Assembly: GCA_038087875.1 (NCBI GenBank)
Contig: CM075997.1
Coordinates: forward strand, 7,504,001-7,568,000
DNA from: Malacoraja senta
Lineage: Eukaryota
DNA: 64,000 bases
Reading direction: 5' to 3'
Shown here: in pieces, positions 23,958-36,149 of the stretch
Layout: the number at the start of each line of letters is the position of its first letter
Numbering within the stretch: position 1 is the first letter of the stretch
Notes under the pieces: generated by a model
What the model saw: the letters and a program-made list of their open reading frames with translations, nothing else
The model's database searches: none
Told to the model about the DNA's origin: nothing
Made by a program: the position numbers and the translations under genes

Positions 23958-26900
23958 TTTTTATTGTTTTATTTTTATTTATTAGAAGTACATTACATTA
24001 CAACAAATTACATTAGTACTCATCACGTATATCTTATTACAATTAATGTACTCCGTCATTTTTTAAACTAATTAAAAGGAAAGGTTGAAATTAAGAAAAA
24101 AGAGAAAGTGAAGGTAAATAGTGAAGGTGTAAAAACGTGACAACAGGAAAGAACAGAGACCCTGTAGGAAAGAAATTAAAAAAGAAAAGATTCAGAGATA
24201 GACCCTAAAGAAGTAGAAAACAAAAAAGAAGAAAAAAGAGAAAAACAAGTACTTTATTATGAGCATCACGCAAATAGGATATACCAACACTCCAGCTTTC
24301 ATCCCCCTTTACCTGACATCGGTATTTTTTTAAGTACTTTAGCACCTTATACTTGTAATAGTTCTATAAATGCAGACCACGTCAGGTGGAAGTGATCTGA
24401 TTTACCTGCCAGGAGGAGTCTTATCTCTTCTAGGTGTAATGTTTCAAACATATTTGAAATCCACATGTTTATAGTTGGTACTGGAGCATTTTTCCAAAAT
24501 TTTAGGATAATCTTTTTTCCAGTTATTAACCCGTAATCAATTAATTTCTTTTGAAACACATTTAGTTCAGGGCTATCTTCCGTTGTTCCGAAGATAATCC
24601 ATTCTGCTTTTGGTGTCAGTTTTATTTTAAATAATTTTGTAAAGATTTCAAAAATACAATTTTAAATTGTATTAAAGGGTGTCTTTATGCACCCTTTAAT
24701 ACAATTAAACGAGCATTTATGCACGTTTAATAAATGTTCATTCCACCTTTCCTTTGAAATTTTAATAGCTAATTCTTGTTCCCAGTCTCTTCTAATACCT
24801 TCCGTAGATGGTATTTCTACATTTAAGATAATATTATACAAATATGATATTAAGTTTGCTGATTCAGCTTTTATCTGCATTGCTTCGGCCAGTACACCTG
24901 CTGGGATATTTTAATGATCTTTTGTATATTTTTTCAAATAGTCACATATTTGAAAATATTTAAAATATTGATTATTTCCCAGTTTATATTTTATTTGTAA
25001 TTGTTGGAATGATAGACATTTTCCAGTTTCATACAAGTCTCCGAACGTTTTAATTCCTAGACTATCCCATTGTATAAAAGGTGTGTCTGTAATAGAGGGA
25101 TTAAACGAAGGGTTATTAACTATTGGAGATAAAAGCGATAGATTTCTTAATTTTAAATTTTGTTTTATTTGTTTCCAAGTTCTGATTGTACTATGTATAT
25201 TTCTTTTTAAAACTGGAAGGAATATCTAAGAATAAATCGTTTTGGAGATACAATTCTCAAATCCTAAAAGATCCGCAAGCGAGTATATATATTTAAAAAA
25301 AACAAATGAACGTCTTTTTTGAAATAAATGACACTCCAGATATATCGCCTACTTTATTATGGGAATCTTTTAAAGCATTTATTAGAGGTGTTATAATCTC
25401 ATATCAAGCTTTTCAAAATAAAAATAATAAGAATGAACAAAGACAGTTAGAAGAACAAATTAGACAAATGGATATAGATAATGCTAAAGATCCATCTATG
25501 GATAAACATAATAAAATAATAAATTTGAAATTTAAATTAAATAAACTATTATCAGCCAAACCTATAAGACTGTTCCAAATTACAAGACAGGAACACTTTG
25601 AATTCGGGAATAAACCACATAAACCTTTGGCTCGTCAGCTAAAAAAACGAGAAAAAGAACATACGATCCAAAAGATTAAATCAGAGAGAGGGGAATTACT
25701 AACCTTACCGAATGATATTAATAAAAGATTTGCGCAATTTTATGAGAATTTGTACACATCTAAAACGACAATGGACACCAATAAAATTACAGAGTTCTTG
25801 GATAATTGTAATCTTCCAAAGTTAGAGTTGAAGGAACAAGAGGAATTGGGTGCACACATTTCAATCAAGGAATTAGAAGACACAATAAATTCATTAAAGA
25901 ACGGAAAAACTCCAGGTCCTGACGGATTTACCAATGAATTTTATAAAAGTTTTTATGACAAAATTATACCACGGTTACAAAAAATGTATCAATATGCTTT
26001 TAAAGAAGAAATATTACCTGATACATTAGCTGAATCAACGATCACACTAATACTCAAAAAAGACAAAGATATAGAAGAACCGGGTTCATATAGAGCTATA
26101 GCATTGTTAAATACAGATCAAAAAATATTAGCGAAAGCATTAGCTAGATTAAGTAAATATATTAGTAAATTAATAAACTCAGATCAGACGGGGTTTATCC
26201 CTAAGAGATATTCATCTAATAATATGAGACGACTACTCAATATAATGCACTCAGATAACATTGAAGAACAAGAATTATCAATTATTTCGTTGGTCGCTGA
26301 AAAAGCATTTGATCAAGTAGAATGGAATTATAAAGAGAAAGTATTACAAAAATTCCAATTGGAAGATAATTTTATTTTATGGATTAAATTATTATATAAT
26401 AAGCCTACAGCTAGAATATTAACTGATAACATATTATCTTCGAAATTCCAACTATCAATGGGTAACATACACGGTTGCTCATTATCACTGCAGTTATTTG
26501 CTCTCATAATTGAACCTTTAGCAGAAAAAATTAGAACACATCCAGATATCCATGGGTATAACGCTAAATACTCAAATTATAAAATATCTTTATACACGGA
26601 TGATATATTATTGTACATCACAAAACCACTAATTACTATACCAAACATACTAAATCTAATTGAGGACTTTGGATCCTTTTCTGGATACAGAATAAATTGG
26701 AATAAAAGTGAAATTATGTCAATAAAATCGAAAAACTCAACACATCTCTTAAAATTCCCTTTTAAAATAGCTACAGAAAAACTTAAATACATGGGTGTTG
26801 AAATTACCAGAACATATCAAGGCATGTTCAAAGCAAATTATGATCCTCTACTTAATAAATTAAATATATTAATTAAATGTTGGAAAACGCTTCCGATGTC

Positions 26901-27273
26901 TTTAATAGGTCGACTAAATGCAATAAAAATGATCTTTCTACCACAAATGTTATACCTATTTCAATCAATTCCTATATATATACCAAAGAAGTTAAAAACA
27001 AAATTGGATTCAGACATTACTAATTTCATATGGGATTATAAATCCCATAGAATACAAAGAACACACTTGAACAAAGCTAAAGTATTAGGGGGCTTAGCAC
27101 TCCCTAACTTTATGTATTATTATTGATCAATAAATATTAAAAATATGATCCAACTGATGGACAACTCTGCCCAGCAAGTGGACTGGATTGTAATGGAGAG
27201 AGGGGACTGCTCCTCTGGTAATATTGGAGCGATCCTCCTCTCAACAATGAAACTGAATAACATAAATTATAAC
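23958..27273 (-). mobile_element. L1 with 5' inversion (3' part on minus strand 23958-~25198; inverted part on plus strand ~25199-27273)
   Basis: Poly-T at the left end, ORF2 C-terminus on the minus strand, 606-aa RT ORF on the plus strand (25306-27126). 15-bp TSD GAAAAGATGAAGTAT at 23943-23957 and 27274-27288. Confidence 0.92.
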
Positions 27274-28721
27274 GAAAAGATGAAGTATGAAGGGAAGCAG
27301 GCTAGGAATATAAAGAAGGACAGTAAATGCTTCTTTAGATATGTTAAGTGAAAAAGAGTAGCAACGTCAAATGTGGGTCCCTTGAAGGCAGACATGGGTG
27401 AAATTATTATGGGTAACAAGGAAATGGCAGAAGAGTTGAATAGGTACTTCTGATCTGTCTTCACTAAAGAAGACACAAACGATCTCGCAGATGTACTGGA
27501 GGACAGAGGATTCAAGGGGTTAGAGGAACGGAAATAAATTTTCATTAGGGCAGATTATTATCTCAATGGGGTTATGTTAATTAGATGGGAGTTATAGCGA
27601 GACCTGGGTGTCCTTGTACATCGGTCACTGAAAGTTGGCGTGCAGGTACAGCAGGCAGTGAAGAAAGCTAATGGAATGTTGGCCTTCATAACAAGAGGAT
27701 TTCAGTATAGGAGTAAAGAGGTTCTTCTGCAGTTGTATAGAGCTCTGGTGAGACCACATCTGGAGTATTGTGTACAGTTTGGTCTCCTAATTTGCGGAAG
27801 GGCATCCTTGTGATTGAGGCAGTGCAGCGTAGTTTCACGATATTGATCCCTGGGATGGCGGGACTGTCATATGTGGAAAGATTGAAAAGACTAGGCTTGT
27901 ATTCACTGGAGTTTATAAGGATGAGGGGTTCTCTTATAGAAACATATAAAATTATAAAAGGACTAGACAAGCTAGGTGCAGGAAACATGTTCCCAATGTT
28001 GGGCGAGTCCAGAACCAGGGGCCACAGTCTTAGAATAAAAGGGAGGGCATTTAAGACTGAGGTGAGAAAAACACTTTTCCACCCAGAGAGTTGTGAATTT
28101 ATGGAATTCCCTGCCACAGAGGGCAGTGGAGGCCTAATCACTGGATGGATTGAAGAGAGCGTTAGATAGAGCTCCAGGGGCTAGTGGGGTCTAAGGGTGT
28201 GGGGAGAAGGCAGGCACGGGTTATTGATAGGGGACGATCAGCCATGATCACAATGAATGGCGGTGCTGGCTTAAAGGGCCGAATGGCATCCTCCTGCACC
28301 TATTTTCTATGTTTCTATGTTTCTATGAAAGAGGGTGAGAGAAGGAGGGGGCGAGGGAGAAAGAAAAGAGACGGGGGAGAGATGGGAAAGAGTAAAATGC
28401 GGAGAGAGTGGGGAGTAGATAGAGAGAGAGAGAGCAGTGTGACAGAAAGAGTGAGAGGGGGAGAGAGACGGAGAGTGGGGAGCGAGAGATTGAGAGAGAT
28501 AGGGCTGGGTGTTGAGAGAGGGGGATGAAATAGAAGAGGGAGGGAGGGGGAGAGAGAGGGCGCTGAGAAAGAGAGTAAGGGCGGAGAGAGACAGGGGGAG
28601 AAAGTGAGAGGTGGAGAGAGAGGGGGAGGGAGAGGGGGAAGGGAGAGAGGGGAGAGAGAGAGAGGGGCGAGATGGTGAAAGGAAAGATGGTGATAGAGAG
28701 AGGAAGAGTGAGAGGGGGACA

Positions 28722-28846
28722 GAGAGTTTGGGGCCTGTCAAGATGGTCGACTTTTGCCTCCTGTTCCCAGCGGAGGGCGACAAAATGGCCGTTTACCCCT
28801 CGTATCCACGAAAAATCACAATTCCCCCCCTTATCCAGCGTCCCCA
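28722..28846 (+). promoter_or_regulatory. ~120-bp block with CTCF-like and YY1-like motifs, copy 1 (3' flank of the GPCR)
   Basis: CCAGCGGAGGGCGAC (28767-28781) and AAAATGGCCG; the block recurs at 34061-34176. Confidence 0.45.
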
Positions 28847-28908
28847 TGATGGTCAACATCTACACTGGAGACCGGAGCGGAGAGACTGCGGCCGCCTCTG
28901 GGATGCGC

Positions 28909-29816
28909 TCAGGGCGCGGATTTATTAATGAGCCGAAGCACTGAGGTGAGCGGATATTTCACCGCGCACATCAGCTGCTCCCTGAACTTGGACTGGGTCG
29001 CCGCGTCAATAAATGTGTTCGTGCAGCAGCTGAGAGTCCTCAGCAAAAACCCGACAAATGCAAAGATATATTGAGAATCATTCCGATCAGTTCCAATTCC
29101 TGTGATCTGATAATAGACTAATACTACAACCAGCGTCAGCCACAGGAGGATGAAGCTGCCGGAGATGGTGAAGAGTAAAACCACCGACCTCCTCCTGCTC
29201 TCCATCTCCGGGTCACTGCGGTTCTCCCTCTTGCTCTTACCCCTCAGCCCCTTGCGGACCCGAGTGGCCACTAAAATATGCCGGACTGTCAGAGCGTTGA
29301 GCAGCAGGATTACAGCGAAAGGGAGAAACGGAGCTAAAACCGGGTCGATCCAGTCAAATGCTACCCACCCAGGGTCAGTGTAATAACTGTCCACCGTGTT
29401 ACAGAACCACGGGACATTGTCCATGATTGTCCGGGGTTAATGTGTGAAGTAGCGGGGAACGTTTTTCAGACAGAGAAGAACGCCGGCTATTGCCAGAACC
29501 ACAGCCGCAGTTTTCCCGCTGCAATATTTAGTTTTCAGTTTCTGGCAACAAATGGCGACAAACCGATCAAAGGTGAAAGTGACGGTGAACCAGACAGAAC
29601 AGTCTGCAGCTGCAGACCTCAGTACATAGTTAACACTGAACACAGGGTAGATGGACAGGAAACTCCAATTAAAGTAATGACATTTGATCTGATACAAAAT
29701 GACGTCGGTGATGGCGACGAGTAGATCGGCCGCTGCCATGGCCACCAGGTAGCGGGTGGTGCAGGTGGAGAGGCTGCACTTTCCCCGGGACAGGATCACA
29801 ATCGCCACTAAATTGA
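28909..29816 (-). pseudogene. GPR139/GPR142-like class A GPCR, exon 2, with in-frame premature stop
   Basis: Acceptor TTCTCTTTCCACAG|. VNLVAIVILSRGKC, YLVAMAAADLL, TFDRFVAIC, PFAVILLLNALTVRHIL, DPEMESRRRS, SCCTNTFI. TAA at 29439-29437 is in frame with the downstream ORF ending at TGA 28909. Confidence 0.88.
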
Positions 29817-30063
29817 CTGTGGAAAGAGAAGGGCATTTACTGAACACGGTCTCCGGGGCTGAACAGCGGCTCGACTTTCAGATAAAGATCAGCAGTGTTG
29901 GAGTCGGTGCGTGGCTGCAAGTTTAACAATGTCAGAGCCGGCTCCGACTGTGCCCGACCGGCCTGCTTCAGGGGAGTAGAGATAAGGCGACGGGCAGGCG
30001 GGGTAAAGGGCGGGGAGAGAAAGCACAGCCACCCGCTACAATAGGCGGGATGGACTTTTCTAT

Positions 30064-31306
30064 AGGGAGGTTGCACGGCAGTCGGCACACGACCCGTGAC
30101 CCATACTGTTGCCACGCTACGCCAACTGGAGTACACGCGATGAACTGCAAGTAAGCACTGACCATTGTTTCCAGCCTAGCGGGCCAGTAAAAAACCGCCG
30201 AAATGGTCAATATTTGCGCTGTAAATAATTATGGAAATCGGGATAAGCGTGAGAGACATTTATCATCCTTCAGAATTCCAAAAGTGAGAAGAAATGACGG
30301 TAGATAGAAGCGACAGCTGAAGGCACAACAGCTAAAGTGCTTGGCGAACATTGGCCGTGCAGATATCGAGATTGAAAATATTGGGAATTATCGCATTTGC
30401 TCACTGCATTACATCAACAGTAAGGCATTATTTGTGTTTTTTATTGATTCCTTTGCCATCTTAAAAGTTTCAGAAGTGATAAATCTGGCTGTAACATTTT
30501 ATAATCGCCCATTGTTCTCAAGCTGGTTTTTACATACAAAAAGAAGCATCTGAAGTAAAATGTATCATTAAAAAATCGCGAACCATACGTGGGTTTGGAA
30601 TTACATTTTACTCAGATGCAAGCCAAGGAATGGCATAATTGTTAATTGGACATAATCAACCTCAGGAAATTGACAATATCCTATTGAAAGGGAGTGCGAG
30701 TTTAAGCTGTCAGGGCTTTGTATTATTTGCCAAAATATACATCCCACTATCATAATGATAGAAAACTTACTTTTCCACACAGCACTCGTAAGTCTGGATA
30801 TTTTTTTATGATAAATTTAGCTTCAGAAGCGTTTCTTTTTGCATGTCAAAATCCACTTCAGAACCATGGGCGGTTTTTAAATTTTACAGCCAGATTTAGC
30901 ACTTCTGAGGCTTTTTAGATACCAAAGGAATCAAGAAAAAACACAAATAATGCCTTTCTGTTGATGAAATGCAGTGAGCAAACGCGATAATTCCCAATAT
31001 TTTCAATCTCGATATCTGCACGGCCAATGTTCGCCAGACACTTTAGCTGTTGTTGTCACTTCAGCTCTCGCTTCTCTTTACCTTCACTTCACTTCAATTT
31101 TGGAATTCTGAAGTTGGGTACATTACCCCAACTTCCACAATTATTTACAGCGCAATAAATCACTATTTTGGCGGGTTTTAACTGGTAGGAAAATACGCGT
31201 TTCCAGTATTAACAACATATACCGAAAGCTGCGTTGTCCTCCAGATGGATTGAATGGCTCCGTGTGTCAAGCCCTGTGATCCAGTGACCTTACGTGCAAC
31301 CCACCT
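30064..31306. mobile_element. non-autonomous ISL2EU-like (PIF/Harbinger-related) DNA transposon with two convergent THAP-domain remnants, in the GPCR intron
   Basis: TIRs AGGGAGGTTGCACG / CGTGCAACCCACCT, flanked by AT on both sides. Inverted arms ~30184-30518 and ~30859-31185 encode C-x4-C..FRIP..R(I/V)CSLH(Y/F). Confidence 0.7.
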
Positions 31307-31970
31307 ATAGTTAACCCTACTCTGATGGGGCTGGTTTCACAGACTTAACTGTGACTGGCCGCGTTTAACCAGGACTCTGGGAACTCGGTATCTGATGGGG
31401 ACGAGGAGGGTTCCAGAGGGAAGGCAGGGACAACATAGAATCCGGCAGCAGAGTGGCTCCGTTAATAGAATCATGCCACAGTGAATTCAGTTCAGTAACA
31501 ACACACACACGCCGGTAGATCCGCGGCCACTGGTTCAGGAGATAGATCCAATTATTGACCAACAGGCGGTGGAATCCGACTGTGATAGACTCCACAGTGA
31601 GACACAGTGCCAACAGGAGCGGCTGTTCACTCTGATCAATAAATCAGTCAAATTGAAACTCCTCCCAGTCACACCGTCCCGGAGAGCTGTCTGTCCCGAG
31701 CAATGGGACAACTCTGGGCAAGGTCCCACTGAAGGCAGGAACATCATTCTAGTGAGTCCCGGCAGTGAGAGAAAAAGAGGGCTAGATTTTGCTCTCTGAA
31801 AATAAGCAAAATCACAGCGTGAATTCAAAAATATTTCACTGAGAGGATTGATAGACTTCACAGATTCTTGTACAACGATCATCAGTTGGGAAGTTTGTAA
31901 CATGATCAAAATCAGGTCAACACCGGGTAACACACTGAGTTATAAAACCTGAATTATTCTGCTCACTTAC

Positions 31971-32046
31971 CTGGGACTCCAACGACAGCAATTATTACAT
32001 ACAAGATTTTCTCCACCTTGTCATGTTCCTGCAGCTTTCCCCCCAT
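31971..32046 (-). pseudogene. GPR139/GPR142-like GPCR, exon 1
   Basis: ATG at 32046, MGGKLQEHDKVEKILYVIIAVVGVP, then G|GTAAGT. The phase-1 donor joins exon 2 in frame (76+908 nt = 327 codons plus stop). Confidence 0.85.
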
Positions 32047-32126
32047 TTTCTCTGCCCAGCGACGTGTCCCCGTGAGCGAGTGGTAATCTCTCGCAATGAA
32101 ATGCTGGGGCAGAACATTCCCCGAGA

Positions 32127-32133
32127 TTTTATA
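32127..32133 (-). promoter_or_regulatory. candidate TATA box of the GPCR gene
   Basis: TATAAAA on the minus strand about 80 nt upstream of the ATG; a CRE/AP-1-like TGACATCA lies at 32212-32219. Confidence 0.5.
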
Positions 32134-33195
32134 CCATTTTCCGTCGCCACCGGGACAGTGGTGTTTCAACACCGTTTAAAAATAGCGATATTGAAATGAT
32201 TCGCAAACAGATGACATCAGCCAAGTTAAATCCGCGCTGAGACAGGTCGTGATTTATTCAGGGGATTGATTGAGGAACTCCAAAGACTGGGAATTGCGGC
32301 GATACTGAGTGGTGGAAATTGGGAGCGACATTGTTCCAGCAAACAGGATAATGTTTCAAACTCCATTAGATCCAACTCTCCATCTCATGTTGTTGATCTG
32401 ATTCCCTTCAATCCACTTCGCTCAGCAAGGCAATCCCAAATTCCAGGGACACTCTCAGGGCTTCTGGTGCCCAGTTTGAAGGTGGACTGGGCGACCTTTG
32501 TCCACAGGTTGAAGAATTGGTTCAACAGTTCGCCTCTGACTAAAATGTCCCCTCCACTCTGTTTCACCACTCAATGTGATCGCGGCTCCTCTGACTGTAA
32601 CCTCAACCCCACATTCCCAGCGACCCCGGTAACCATTCACTCCCTGCTTGCCTGGAATGGATCTGACGTTGCCTGGGACAATATCATTCTCTGCCTTCAT
32701 CACTTCTGAGGAGGAACGACTTAAAGACTCACAACACTCAGAGAACAGAATCATTGCCGCATCAGAATTATCCTAAACATCAATAAAACGGCGAATGATG
32801 CCGCACATCTCCCTCCTCCCTTTCTCTCTCCCTCCATCCTTACTGCTCTCCTCTCACTGTACTGTTACTCTCTCCCCTACCATCTCTATTCTCCCTGTCT
32901 ACTCCGCCCTCTCCCTGCCAACCCCTCCCCCTTACCACAATACCCCATCTAACTCTCACTGTATCTCTCCCTTGAATAGTTCTTCTCACTTACCAGGGAC
33001 TCCATCGATCCAACGAATACATACAGATCTTCTCTGGATGTATCTGACCCTTCCTTTCTCCTTTTTGCCAACCCACTCGCACTGACCTCCCCCACTCTTC
33101 ATCTTCCCACTCTCCCTTTAATAGTTCACTCTTCCTCCATCTCTTCCCCTTTCGTCTCCTCCGCTATCTCTCCCTTTGTACAGATGGACTGATGT

Positions 33196-33708
33196 ACTGT
33201 GGGGTGGTACTGATGAAGTGACACACTGTGTGGTAGTACTGATGAAGTGACACACTGTGGGATAGTACCGATGAAGTGACACACTGTTGGGTAGTACTGA
33301 TGAAGTGACACACTGTGGGGTAGTACTGATGAAGTCACACACTGTGGGGTAGTACTGATGAAGTGTCACACTGTGGGGCAGTACTGATTAAGTGACAGAC
33401 TATGGGGTAGTCCTGATGAAGTGACACACTGTGGGGTAATAATGATGAAGTAGCACATTCCAGGGTAGTACTGATGAAGTGTCACACTGTGGGGGAGTAC
33501 TGATGAAGTGACACACTGCGGGGTAGTACTGATGAAGTGACACACTATGGGGTAGTATTGATGAAGTGACACACTGTTGGGTAATACTGATGAGGTGACA
33601 CATTCCAGGGTACTACTGATGAAGTAACACACTGTGGGGTAGTACTGATGAAGTGACACACTGTGCGGTAGTACTGATGAAGTGACACACTGTGGGGTAG
33701 TACTGATG
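33196..33708. repeat. 29-bp minisatellite, about 17-18 copies
   Basis: Unit GTACTGATGAAGTGACACACTGTGGGGTA, head to tail with no spacers. Confidence 0.93.
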
Positions 33709-34060
33709 GAGCCGTCGGTCAACCTCTCCCCACTTACCCCTCCCTCCCCACTGACTCTCACTGCATCTCCCACTCCGTTTATATGTATCTCTCTGACCAT
33801 TACTTCTCTCCCTTTTGCCAACCCACTCGCTGGGAACTCCCTTCTCTCATCTTCCCACATTCCCTTTGATTGTTCACTCTTCCCCTTTCGTCTTCTCCGC
33901 TGTCACTTCATTTAATCTTTATACTCCCTATCTGTCTGTCTCTTATGTCCACAACTCTCCTCCTCCTTGCCTTCACCTCTCTCCAACGCCTTTCTTGCAA
34001 AGTGCGGTTACAAAAGGTTATCCACCATGGGATGTAAAATTGACGCAGGGAGAGGAGCGC

Positions 34061-34176
34061 GAGATATTGGGGCCTGTTTCAAGATGGCCGACTTTTGCCT
34101 CCTGTTCGCAGCGGAGGGCGACACAATGCCCCAACCCCCGTATCCACGAAAATTCAACCCTTATCCAGAGTCCCCA
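34061..34176 (+). promoter_or_regulatory. ~120-bp block with CTCF-like and YY1-like motifs, copy 2 (upstream of the GPCR)
   Basis: AAGATGGCCG and GCAGCGGAGGGCGAC; direct repeat of 28722-28846. Confidence 0.45.
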
Positions 34177-34411
34177 GCATACATGTACACATTGCTAAAT
34201 GTATACAGTGAAGGTCAAGTCAGTTCTTACTTTTAATATTATCCACGTTCTGACCTAGGCACCAGTAGTGGCCGCCTCGCCAACAGTATGTCTGCCCTTT
34301 CTTCTTTTTGTTATTTTTTTAATGTGTTAAAGTATGTTTTAAAGTTCCTTAGTTTGTTTTATGTGGGGTTGTTGGGGGAGAGGGGAGGGGGTGGGTGGGG
34401 TTGGGGGGAAC

Positions 34412-35575
34412 TATAGACAATAGGTGCAGGAGGAGGCCGTTTGGCCCTTCGAGCCAGTACCGCCATTCATTGTGATCATGGCTGATAATCCCCAATCAGT
34501 ACCCCGTTCCTGCCTTCACCCCATATACCCTGACTCCGCTATTTTAAGAGTCCTATCTAGATCTCTCTTGAAAGCATCCAGAGAACTTGCCTCCACCGCT
34601 CTCTAAGGCAGAGAATTCCACACTCACAACTCTATGTGAGAAAAAGTGTTTCCTCGTCTCTGTACTAAATGGCTTACCCCATATTCTTAAACTATGGCCC
34701 CTGGTTCTGGACTCCCCCAACATCGGAAACATGTTTCCTGCCTCTAGTGTGTCCAAACCCTTAACAATCTTATATGTTTCAATGAGATGCCCTCTCATCC
34801 TTCTTAACTCCAGAGTGTACAAGCCCAGCTGCTCCATTCTCTCAGCATATGACAGTCCCGCCGTCCCGGGAATTAACCTTGTAAACCTACGCTGCACTCC
34901 CTCAATAGCAAGAATATCCTTCCTCAAATTAGGGGACCACAAATGCATACAATACTCCAGGTGTGGTCTCACTAGGCCTCTGTACAGCTGGAGAAGGAGC
35001 TCTTTGCTCCGATATTTGATTACTCGTGTTATAAAGGCCAACATGCCTGCTGTACCTTCATGCTTACTTTCAGAGACTGATGTACAATGACCACCAGATC
35101 CCGTTGTACTTCCCCCTTTCCCAAAGTGACGCCATTTATATAGTAATCTGCCTTCCTGTTTTGGCTACCAAAGTGGATAACCTCACATTTATCCGCATTA
35201 AACTTCATCTGCCATGCATCTGCCCACTCCCCCAACCTGTCCAAGTCACCATGCATTCTGATAACATCCTCCTCACAGTTCACACTGCCACCCACCTTTG
35301 TGTCATCTGCAAATTTGCTAATAATGCTTTGAATCCCTTCATCCAAATCATTGATGTATATGGTAAATAGCTGCGGTCCCAGCACCGAGCCTTGCGGTAC
35401 CTCACTAGTCATTGCCTGCCATTCTGAAAGGGACCTGTTAATCCCTACTCTTTGTTTCCTGTCTACCAACCACTTCTCTATCCATGTCAGCAATCTACCC
35501 CCAATACGATGTGCCCTAATGTTGCCCACTAATCTCCTATGTGGGACCTTATCAAATACTTTCTGAAAGTCTATC
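34412..35575 (-). mobile_element. CR1 LINE, 3' RT portion
   Basis: DFQKVFDKVPH, VPQGSVLGP, KFADDTK, RPHLEYC and a CR1 tail. Confidence 0.92.
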
Positions 35576-36149
35576 GTATCTCCGTCTGCACTGTGCCCTA
35601 ACATCGTGGAGTTGGCGGCCTTTCCTTGACACCAATCCGGATATACGATATGTTAGGATCAGAAGATCAGAATATGAATTCACCTTGGAGTGACTGAGAT
35701 GAGATGTAATTTACTCTATCTGATATATCTGAATCTCGATTACCGTCCACCCCAGAGATGGCTGTTTATGAAATACAATCAAGATTGCAAGGAAGATCCT
35801 TGTGGACAAGAGGGAACTGAATAATAATGTGACCAGGAATTGAAATAAACGTGACACCAGGATCAGTTTGGTCATTGTGATATTAAATGTTTGAACAGGC
35901 CTGAGCTTGGCATTGCGTGTGTGACCGTGAGTAACTGTGTGTGTGAGGGGATATCTCCAAACTCCAGCACCGAGGATTATTCTCCACCCTCTGCCACTGA
36001 TACCACGGCTCGATGGCCCACGGACCTCAGTCAGTGATGATCGGTGACAACAGCGCCTCCATAATAACTCACAACTCCTGCGCCCTACAAGGATGATTTA
36101 TCGGTCGCCTCAGATACTCTCTTTACAATCTCCACTGTTCCCTCTGATT

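Larger units (their letters stand above)
16446..28327 (+). mobile_element. near full-length CR1 LINE split by three younger insertions (CR1 pieces: 16446-16477, 17270-18226, 22947-23957, 27274-28327)
   Basis: ORF1 zinc finger CGKCIQVQLL|RVGELE and SGNH/GDSL esterase (IVFGDSIVRG..LPGARIQD..VVVHVGTND). ORF2 APE (LYMNARSI..GITETWL, GDFN). RT C-terminus (RPHLEYCVQFWSP). (TTCTATG)n tail. Confidence 0.88.

Noticed and set aside
25306..27126. 606-aa RT ORF as an active or domesticated gene
   Set aside because: It is the inverted part of a truncated L1, and key motifs are altered (SLVAEKAFD, GNIHG, YTDD).
33196..33708. CRISPR array, hammerhead array or C/D snoRNA array (repeated CTGATGA)
   Set aside because: Units are head to tail without unique spacers. 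There is no GAAA box or stem II, and the C-like and D-like boxes overlap. Eukaryotic minisatellite.
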